DNA of 63,788 nucleotides from an uncultured Chthoniobacterales bacterium (GTDB lineage Bacteria; Verrucomicrobiota; Verrucomicrobiia; Chthoniobacterales; JAATET01): NCBI GenBank assembly GCA_964247025.1, contig CAXTSM010000008.1, positions 44,970 to 108,757 of the forward strand, read 5' to 3'. Shown piece by piece: positions 37,301 to 43,883 of this stretch (position 1 is its first letter; each line of letters starts with the position of its first letter). The notes under the pieces were generated by a model. It saw only the letters and a program-made list of their open reading frames with translations, ran no database searches and was not told where the DNA came from. The position numbers and the translations under genes were made by a program.

Positions 37301-39558
37301 ATGCCCTTCGGCAGATTGTTGCCGTCAAGGATGCAAGTGGGCGGACAATCAATTACGAATGGTGCCGTTGTGGCAAGCTACAGGGGTTGACCGATGCCAA
37401 AGGTCAAATTACGCGTTGGAAATATAATGAACGAGGACAGAATGTCGAGAAGCGCTACAACGATGGCACCATCATCCAGTATACGTATGATAACGCGAAC
37501 CGAATGGCGACGCGCATGGATCCCCTAGGGCAGGTGACGACTTATGCGTATTTCAGAGACGACAATCTGAAATCACGGACTTATACGAGCACTGTGAACG
37601 CGACGCCTAACGTCAGTTTCACCTACGATCCCGACTATGATAGAATTAAGAGCATCAGCGATGGAAGCGGAACGGGCTCGGGCGTGACAACCTACGATTA
37701 TCACGCGGTGGCTGCTGGATTGGGCGCCGGGAGTTTGAGCGAGATCAACGGCTCTCTCTCCTCGGACGTTATCGCGCTAAGTTACGATGAACTCGGTCGG
37801 CCGAGCCAGCGGACAGTAAATGGCAACGCAATGAATATCACGTATGACAATCTGGGGCGCCTCACCGGGGTCGTCAACGCGCTGGGAACGTTCGGGTATG
37901 GCTATGTTGCCGAGACCGGGCGTTTGGACACGGTGAGTTATCCCAACGGTCAAAGCATTCAATATGATTACTATCCGAACACTTCCGCTCTGAGTGGAGC
38001 GGGCAACGGAGACCGGCGGCTCAAGCAGATCAAGAACTTGAGCGGAACGACGTTGCTCTCGCGGTTCAACTACGCCTATGAGCCGGACGGCTCCATTCGT
38101 GAATGGGACAAGACGGTCGGAACGGCAGCTCCGATCGAAACAATCTATCGCTACGACGCAACCGACCGATTGTTGGAAGCGACTTTTAATCAATCAGGGG
38201 CTATCACACAGCAATTCGGCTACGGCTATGACGCGGCGGACAATCGAACGACTGAGCGAGTCGATGGCACGGTTACAAGCGCGAGCCACAACGCTGTCAA
38301 CGAATTGCAGGCGACCACCGGCGCGGGCGCGGTGAGCTTCAACGGAGGCACAAATGAGGAGGCTTCCGTCACTGTGGGCGGACAAGCAGCTCTGGAAATC
38401 CAAAGTGGAACGCGCTTCGAAAAATCGGTTAGCCTCGTAAGCGGCAGCCAAACGGTGAACATCACAGCCACAGACCCCAGTGGAAACGCAAAGAGCCAGA
38501 ACTACAACGTGACCGTAACTTCCGGGCCAAGCCAAACCTTTATCTACGATGCCGACGGCAACCTAACCGACGATGGAGATCGGCAATATGCATGGGACGC
38601 TGAGAACCGCTTGGTCAAAATCACCGAAGGAACGAAAACGAGCATTTTCGAATACGATGGATTCTACCGTAGAGTCCGTATCCTCGAAAAAAATGGAACT
38701 ACGACCTTGAGTGATAAACGCTTCGTTTGGTTTGGCTCTCAACTCGTCGAGCAACGAGACGCGGCAAACACTACGGCTGTGCAAAGGTATTTTGCCGAGG
38801 GCGTGCAGCAGGGGTCGAACAAGTATTTCTACACACGCGATCATTTAGGATCGATCTGCGAGGTGGTGAATAATTTAGGTAGCGTTGTTGCCCGCTATAA
38901 ATATGATCCGTATGGACGTAGGACGAAGACCGCGGGCACTTTCGATGCCGACTTTGGCTACACTGGGCACTATGAGCATTCACAAAGCGGCCTTACGTTG
39001 AGCCTTCATCGACCTTATAGCTCAAATTTGGGTCGATGGCTAACCCGCGATCCTATCGGCGAGGCCGGCGGAACCAATCTTTACGCCTATGTTTCGGATT
39101 CTCCAATTACGTGGACAGACCCTCTTGGACTTATAGATTGGGGTCCTGGAACAGAGGGGGCGAGAGACGAGATGAACAAAACGAAAGAAGGCAAAAAGAC
39201 GATTTGCGAAGTTGAAAATTTAGAGAAGAGCACAGGTCAAAAAGTCAAAGTAGATGGCGGTAAAAGCGAGGGGAGGTATCATCCTGACAGCAATCAAGTG
39301 GATCTGCCAAAAAATCAACCTCTAGTGCACACTGATGATCCAAAACATAAAAACGAGCAAGCCAGTCCGGGAGAAGTGGCAAATCACGAACTTGACCACG
39401 CAAAGCAGGATTTGTCTGGAAAATTTAACGACTTGGCAAAGTGTCCCGATTCCCAATATGACAATGCTCTTGAAAGAAGCGCGATCGAATCCGAAAATCG
39501 GATGCGAAACGAGCAGGGTAGAAGTAATCGAACGGATCACTGGGGCGGGCCAAATTAA
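34369..39558 (+). CDS. Rhs/YD-repeat protein with N-terminal TPR + C39 peptidase and C-terminal HExxH metallopeptidase (M91/NleD-like)
   Basis: HCGPLAL...PAVVHWKVNHY...LLKD; YD repeats; RDHLGS, YDPYG, RWLTRDPIG, PITWTDPLGL; tip HELDHA...E..A...EN.MR.E.G. Confidence 0.92.
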   Translation: MNRATKTRRVIKFQTVFRQIVSALLLPSMLLVGQPIGVASAKPTPVNLSGEMPPPVLTPRNVKVNRTLPIEEKDATPRTKGNVTTNDIFRNRVFIEPLVPIDGVPSAKENRAIMNALDKFAARTKSDDASAAESFIADYPDSVWNLSLLSNLGDFYYRTGQYSEALSALQKAWEIGKGLEDQTGKIVADQVLGRLAMMRSKIGEAEELDSLLGEAGSRQVVGSASEAVANAKENRWRMFKDPGTAFHCGPLALASIRRAKNMPDAYDKLLTAPKKTGRGFKMSEVGQLAASLGMNYEAVRREGNAELTDQMLPAVVHWKVNHYASVLKKSGDKYLLKDQTFGAEKTWISSDVLVRESSGYFLVPKGTSGKGWNKVSSTETASILGKGAPNGKKPGPCPGTGGGDGGGCGMIGYTFELMTVSLTLRDTPVFYTPPVGPQPNFGVNYRQRDFNQPAIFDFSNFGPKWSGMMTAFVEDDPTTPAADVKIYDHGDNVDYSDFDTVTQQYGPQIKSRDVLKRTSTTPIQYERKLPDGSRQVFAFSNGSTTPGRRVFLTEAYDPQGNKLTLHYDSLHRLSAVEDATGEISVYEYANASSPYLITKITDPFGRFAVFHYNGNGYLDAITDVIGMQSSVTYGSGDFVDSITTPYGTTKFAFGEKGAERWLESTDPYGDKERVEFRNYDVANNDRNVPIPDTESVAPTGISGPTLTNNYLNERNTFFWDKKAMKMSPGNYSKARLIHWLHADENFNIVSDIPESTKEAYEGRVWFTYPNQIDSNATNNGMIAQPKIIARVLSDGTTQKYQAAYNDFGLVTNHSDPEGRTFTNIYETNDIDLKEVRQTRAGANELLKSATYNSAHLPLTVTDAAGQTTIYTYTTRGQLETVTNPKGEVTTFAHDAVGRLESITGDEPGAVTSYTYDGYNRVRTKTDSDGHVLTYDYDALDRVTKVTYPDGTYEQVTYDRLNQGAARDRQGRITHYYNNALRQIVAVKDASGRTINYEWCRCGKLQGLTDAKGQITRWKYNERGQNVEKRYNDGTIIQYTYDNANRMATRMDPLGQVTTYAYFRDDNLKSRTYTSTVNATPNVSFTYDPDYDRIKSISDGSGTGSGVTTYDYHAVAAGLGAGSLSEINGSLSSDVIALSYDELGRPSQRTVNGNAMNITYDNLGRLTGVVNALGTFGYGYVAETGRLDTVSYPNGQSIQYDYYPNTSALSGAGNGDRRLKQIKNLSGTTLLSRFNYAYEPDGSIREWDKTVGTAAPIETIYRYDATDRLLEATFNQSGAITQQFGYGYDAADNRTTERVDGTVTSASHNAVNELQATTGAGAVSFNGGTNEEASVTVGGQAALEIQSGTRFEKSVSLVSGSQTVNITATDPSGNAKSQNYNVTVTSGPSQTFIYDADGNLTDDGDRQYAWDAENRLVKITEGTKTSIFEYDGFYRRVRILEKNGTTTLSDKRFVWFGSQLVEQRDAANTTAVQRYFAEGVQQGSNKYFYTRDHLGSICEVVNNLGSVVARYKYDPYGRRTKTAGTFDADFGYTGHYEHSQSGLTLSLHRPYSSNLGRWLTRDPIGEAGGTNLYAYVSDSPITWTDPLGLIDWGPGTEGARDEMNKTKEGKKTICEVENLEKSTGQKVKVDGGKSEGRYHPDSNQVDLPKNQPLVHTDDPKHKNEQASPGEVANHELDHAKQDLSGKFNDLAKCPDSQYDNALERSAIESENRMRNEQGRSNRTDHWGGPN

Positions 39559-39583
39559 CTCTTGTATGCGTGCACAATATTGG

Positions 39584-40042
39584 ATGTTGAAAAAAGGGTG
39601 CATTGCGTGTCTCCTAACTCTGGGTCTCACTGCTGTATGTCTTGCAGACACCAAGGAATTTGGGTGGTCTTCACCGAGTCCCCCTATTAAAATAGTCGGA
39701 AGTTACGCAGAAGAATTAAATCATACTGTATTGAAATCGGTGCGCCTTGATGATGTGCCAGCACTAAACGCATTCCATCAGGTTTTGAAGGCCATTAATA
39801 AATTACGCCCTAGAAACAAACCTTTTAGATTGGCCGTCGATATTCAAATTTTCGACGAAGCAGCTAAACTTCAGCCGGTAACGATCTCGCTTTCTGATGT
39901 AGATGCTATAACCGCATTAAAATTCGTCACAACCTCGACGGATACCACATTTCGTGTTTACGACGACCTAATTGTAATCATTCCTGCTAATCCACAGCCA
40001 AAGCTGCCAAAAAAACGAGATTCCGAAGAATATTCCGATTAA
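39584..40042 (+). CDS. Exported small protein, candidate immunity/partner of the Rhs tip
   Basis: Signal peptide MLKKGCIACLLTLGLTAVCLA; directly follows the Rhs stop; VTISLSDVDAITALKFV resembles STN/secretin N-domain. Confidence 0.65.
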   Translation: MLKKGCIACLLTLGLTAVCLADTKEFGWSSPSPPIKIVGSYAEELNHTVLKSVRLDDVPALNAFHQVLKAINKLRPRNKPFRLAVDIQIFDEAAKLQPVTISLSDVDAITALKFVTTSTDTTFRVYDDLIVIIPANPQPKLPKKRDSEEYSD

Positions 40043-40061
40043 AATTGCTGGCAACAAATCC

Positions 40062-40439
40062 ATGGCATCTGAGGAACCTTTAACGGATCGCGACTTATCC
40101 CATACGGACGAACAGGTAGCTTTAAAAGCAACGGATGGCCCAAAAAAGCGCTCTAAGCAGAGCGAACAAAAACTTTCGGAATATAATCAATACATTTCTA
40201 GCGAGGAATGGCGAAGCAAAGCGGCAAAGGTTCTTGAGCGAGATCGGCATCTTTGCCAAGCGTGTTAGCGAATAAGGCTACGCAAGTTTCACCATACGAC
40301 CTATAATCATATATACAATGAGCCCCTGTTCGAACTGGTCGCGGTGTGCAAATCTTGCATTGAAAAGCCCCATCCCGAAGATGATTACTCCCTTAGAAGG
40401 ACGCTAGAGTCGCTAGTGCATGCTGAAATGGCGGAGTGA
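40062..40439 (+). pseudogene. HNH endonuclease pseudogene
   Basis: YISSEEWR...VLERDRHLCQAC then TAG (40266-40268), resuming in frame HHTTYNHIYNEPLFELVAVCKSC. Confidence 0.75.
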
Positions 40440-40548
40440 GTATTGGGGATGCGGCGGTGAAGTGACTGCGCGCAGAAATCAGGATTAAACGGTTTACTCC
40501 GAGACAAGGCGCCACGCCGCACCCCTGATTTCGATTATGTTTCCATGC

Positions 40549-40588
40549 GCGTCAAGGACCCTACGGCTGCGCCGTTCCTCCTTGACGC
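40549..40588. repeat. Nested inverted repeat
   Basis: GCGTCAAGGA...TCCTTGACGC enclosing ACGGC-tgc-GCCGT. Confidence 0.6.
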
Positions 40589-40709
40589 TCCCGGTGGCTG
40601 ATCCTACTCGTTTCCGCTGCAGTTCCAGCCTTACTTACAGATTTCAAACTCAAGAAGGCAAGTTCGCCAAAGTCTTGCGCGCCCATCGACGAAGAGACGC
40701 AACGCCGGA

Positions 40710-41366
40710 CTAAGGGATGTAATAGAAGGGATTCGGAAGTTTGAAACGGTGACGAGCATATCCGCCATCCAGGTCGCTATTTTGATCCCCAAGATTCAAA
40801 ATCACATCATATCCGTTTTCGGTAAGCATTCGACGCACGCCAGATTTGAATGGCACGATGGAAGGATCGCGATAGGTAGACGGCTTTAGAAAAAGACCAG
40901 TCCAACCCCAGTAGCCTGCTTCTTCAAGATCATGACGCGTCGTATCGAGAAGCGATTCGTCGCGACCAGAGATCAAAAAAATGGGTATCTGATAAGCATG
41001 CGCCTTCGCATAAATCGCTCGGAGAGGTGCGAGGGCGATGCCACGTTCACGCTTCGTCCAAGTGGTGAAAGTTTCGGGGGAAATCGCAAACTGACTGGCG
41101 CTGAGGTAAGGCCAGTTAGAGAGAAGAGTTTCGTCAATGTCGAAGACGATCGCGAAGTTTTGCGGTGTCTCTTTACTCAAGTAATGGTCGAGCGTGCGGC
41201 GAGCCGGTTCAGCGGCGCGGGCGAATGCTCGGTCATAGCCTCCCGAGTTATGCCACTGGATACACTGCCATTTGAGAAGCGTAAGATTGGGACTAGGCTC
41301 GTGGGATGACGACGCACAGCCAACAAACGACGTTGCGGCGATGATAGCGCAAAGAAGGCGGATCAC
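40710..41366 (-). CDS. HAD-superfamily acid phosphatase lipoprotein, element-borne intact copy
   Basis: Lipobox FVGC, motif I FDIDETLL, SGR, FKS, motif IV GDQNSD, KLPNPFY. Confidence 0.92.
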   Translation of the reverse strand: MIRLLCAIIAATSFVGCASSSHEPSPNLTLLKWQCIQWHNSGGYDRAFARAAEPARRTLDHYLSKETPQNFAIVFDIDETLLSNWPYLSASQFAISPETFTTWTKRERGIALAPLRAIYAKAHAYQIPIFLISGRDESLLDTTRHDLEEAGYWGWTGLFLKPSTYRDPSIVPFKSGVRRMLTENGYDVILNLGDQNSDLDGGYARHRFKLPNPFYYIP

Positions 41367-41418
41367 AATTGGCAGGATAGAGTTTTCAACTTAAACAACA
41401 AGAAACAGCCGTACAACC

Positions 41419-41456
41419 ATCCCTGGTATATTGACTACACCATGAGGATGATGTCG
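41419..41456. other. Right attachment site (element attP arm + TGAG core at 41443-41446 + host attB half)
   Basis: CCTGGTATATTGACTACACcaTGAGgatgatgtcg. Confidence 0.92.
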
Positions 41457-42022
41457 TAGCCGCGATCCGCGAGCGTTTTTCGGATGCCGGATTTGAACGG
41501 AATGATCGACGGATCGCGATAGCCATCCGGCTTGAGAAACATCGCGCTCCAGCCCCAGTAACCGGCCTCCTCGAGGTCGCGGCGGGTGGCGTCGCGCAAC
41601 GACTCGGCCCGGCCGGAAACCAGGAAAATCGGGATTTGGTAGGCGTGGGCCCGCGCGTAGATGTCGCGGAGAGGAACGAGCGCCAGGCCGCGCTCGCGTT
41701 TCGTCCAGCCGGCGAACGTCTCGGGCGCGATCGCGAATTGGCTGGAGCTGAGATAGGGCCAGTTCGAGAGAAGCGTCTCGTCGATGTCGAAGACGATCGC
41801 GAAATTTTGGGGGGTGACGCCGCGCAGGTACCGATCGAGAGTCTCCCGGGCGGGGACGGCCGCCCGGGCCAGGGCGCGGTCGTAAGCGCCGGAGTCATGC
41901 CATCCGACGCACTGCCATTTGAGCCACGTCAGGTTGGGACGAGGTTCCGGCGCGGGTGAGACGCAGCCACTGAAAGCAATGGCCGTGAAGGCAAAAAGGA
42001 TGCGCGCTGCGCTGGCGTTCAT
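41435..42022 (-). pseudogene. 5' part of the host HAD acid phosphatase lipoprotein gene, truncated by integration
   Basis: Lipobox FSGC and FDIDETLL present; ends GYDIIL-MV* at the att site, lacking the GDQxxD motif found at 14767-14856. Confidence 0.95.
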
Positions 42023-42174
42023 GGAGCAATGCCTAACACGAAAACTTGGATGAAGGTCAATCCAATCGAGAATCCGGAGCGGGTTTACCGGCCGGTTCGT
42101 TCGCCTTCGACCGCGGTCTGAATCGCAGACGGAAGGACGCGCCGCCGCGCCGGGGATGCGGGGCGCGGTCGGGC

Positions 42175-42335
42175 CGGCGGCGGAGCGGGTTCCGCGCCCG
42201 GCCGGGGGAAGATATTTTCAGGTGCCGGCCCGCGGTCGAAGTTTGGAACCCGGGAATGATCGCGATTTCCGCGTTCGACTTTCCCTGGGCGATCCAAGAA
42301 AGCACCTCGCTCGCGCGCGCGCTGAGCCGGTGGGC
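42175..42335 (-). pseudogene. Frameshifted LuxR-type HTH remnant
   Basis: RLSARE / EVLSWIAQGKSNAEIAII.G....T..RHL / NIF spread over shifted frames; boundaries approximate. Confidence 0.6.
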
Positions 42336-42495
42336 GGCAAATCGCGACCGAAGGGGGAAAAAGAAGAAATGACGCGCGGCGGAAGGCCCGGCGGGCGACG
42401 TGCGGCCATCCGCCGGAACGCGCGAAAAGTCGTTACAAAACCCCGGTCAACGGCATGATGCCCGGGAGCATCGCCGGCTTGTCCGCCCGTAAATT

Positions 42496-43557
42496 TTGTT
42501 CATCCCCCAACGCCTTCTCCCCTTGAAAGAAGCTCTCAACCAAACCCGTCAGCATTTGCTGACCGGGGTCTCGTTCGCCATCCCGTTCATCGCCTGCGGC
42601 GGAATCCTGATCGCCGCGTCCGTCGCGCTCGTCCCGATGTCGCCGGCCGGCCCCGTTTTTGACGGCCATCCCTGGGTCAAGGTCGCGCTGGACATCGGCA
42701 CGGCCGCCTTCGCGCTCATGCTGCCCGTCCTCGCGGGCTATATCGCCTACGCCATCGCGAACAAGCCCGGCCTCGTTCCTGGCTTCATCGGCGGTTACCT
42801 CGCCGGCCAGATCGGCGCCGGATTTTTGGGGGCCCTGCTCGCCGGCCTGCTGGCGGGCTACGTGGTGAACTGGATCAAGAAATTGCCCGTCCCGGGCGTG
42901 ATCCGGCCGATCATGCCGATTTTGATCATCCCGATCCTCTCCTCGCTCGTCGTCGGCGTTGCGATGATCGAGCTCATCGGCACGCCGATCGCGCATCTGA
43001 TGACGAGCCTCGCGGCGTGGCTGCAATCCATGAGCGGCGGCAACGCGATCGTGCTGGCCCTCATTCTGGGCGGGATGATTGCCATCGACATGGGCGGGCC
43101 GATCAACAAAACCGCGTTTTTCTTTGGCGCCGCCATGATCAAGGAGGGCAACTACGCCGTCATGGGCGCGGTCGCGGCCGCCATTTGCACTCCGCCGCTC
43201 GGCATGGGCCTGGCGACCTTCCTGCACAAGACACTTTGGAACAACGACGAGAAGGAAGCCGGCAAAGCCGCCTTCGCCATGGGCATGATCGGCATCACGG
43301 AAGGGGCGATCCCCTTCGCGGCCGCCGATCCGATGCGCGTCATTCCCTGTCTGATGCTGGGCTCGATGACCGCGGCCTGCATCGCGATGGCCGGCGGGGT
43401 GGGAGATCACGCGCCGCACGGCGGCCCCATCGTCCTGCCGGTCGTCGACCATCGGTGGATCTATGGTTTGGCGATCGTCGCCGGCACGCTCGCCACCGCC
43501 GTGAGCGCCAACTTCCTCAAACAACGCAAACCAACCCCGCAAACTTCCAAAGCATGA
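42496..43557 (+). CDS. PTS fructose-family EIIC
   Basis: RQHLLTGVSFAIPF, DMGGPINK, GITEGAIPFAAADP, APHGG. Confidence 0.92.
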   Translation: MFIPQRLLPLKEALNQTRQHLLTGVSFAIPFIACGGILIAASVALVPMSPAGPVFDGHPWVKVALDIGTAAFALMLPVLAGYIAYAIANKPGLVPGFIGGYLAGQIGAGFLGALLAGLLAGYVVNWIKKLPVPGVIRPIMPILIIPILSSLVVGVAMIELIGTPIAHLMTSLAAWLQSMSGGNAIVLALILGGMIAIDMGGPINKTAFFFGAAMIKEGNYAVMGAVAAAICTPPLGMGLATFLHKTLWNNDEKEAGKAAFAMGMIGITEGAIPFAAADPMRVIPCLMLGSMTAACIAMAGGVGDHAPHGGPIVLPVVDHRWIYGLAIVAGTLATAVSANFLKQRKPTPQTSKA

Positions 43558-43850
43558 ACATCGTCGCCGTCACCGCCTGCCCCACCGGGATCGCCCATAC
43601 CTACATGGCCGCCGAGCAACTCGAGAAGACCGGCAAAAGCCTCGGACATGACGTGAAGGTCGAGACCCAGGGCGCCATGGGCATCGAGAACGAATTGAGC
43701 GAATCCGAGATCGCCGCCGCCGACGGCGTGATCTTCGCCGTCGATATCCAGGTCGAGATGATCGAGCGCTTCGACGGGAAAAAAATCGTCCAGGTTCCCG
43801 TGAAGGACGCCATCCGTGATCCGCAGGGCCTTTTCGCCCGCTTCGTCTAG
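43554..43850 (+). CDS. PTS fructose-family EIIB
   Basis: MNIVAVTACPTGIAHTYMAAE..KVETQG; ATGA overlap. Confidence 0.95.
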   Translation: MNIVAVTACPTGIAHTYMAAEQLEKTGKSLGHDVKVETQGAMGIENELSESEIAAADGVIFAVDIQVEMIERFDGKKIVQVPVKDAIRDPQGLFARFV

Positions 43851-43883
43851 CGGCCCGCGACCCGCCGGAGCTCGTCCGACGAC

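Larger units (their letters stand above)
14857..41446. mobile_element. 26.6-kb integrative mobilizable element (large serine recombinase + relaxase, no T4SS)
   Basis: Abrupt compositional shift at both ends, split target gene, duplicated TGAG core, terminal inverted repeats, recombinase at the edge, relaxase/ParA-like/SSB/RadC genes. Confidence 0.93.

Noticed and set aside
39335-39583. N-terminal extension of the post-Rhs ORF overlapping the toxin tip
   Set aside because: A later ATG gives a clean signal peptide without the overlap
40266-40268. In-frame TAG as programmed readthrough or recoding
   Set aside because: Residues after the TAG match the HNH consensus only in a shifted frame, so indels explain it better
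14857-41446. Island as a prophage or self-transmissible ICE
   Set aside because: No capsid, terminase or tail genes and no VirB4/VirD4/T4SS genes recognised
41431-41446. TTGACT as a -35 box forming an integrase promoter across the reconstituted attP
   Set aside because: The hexamer at 17-bp spacing is TAGGCA, a poor -10; unsupported without TSS data
40710-42022. Two phosphatase copies as a recent tandem duplication or assembly artefact
   Set aside because: About a quarter of residues differ, codon usage differs, and the missing 3' end of the host copy sits at the far island boundary
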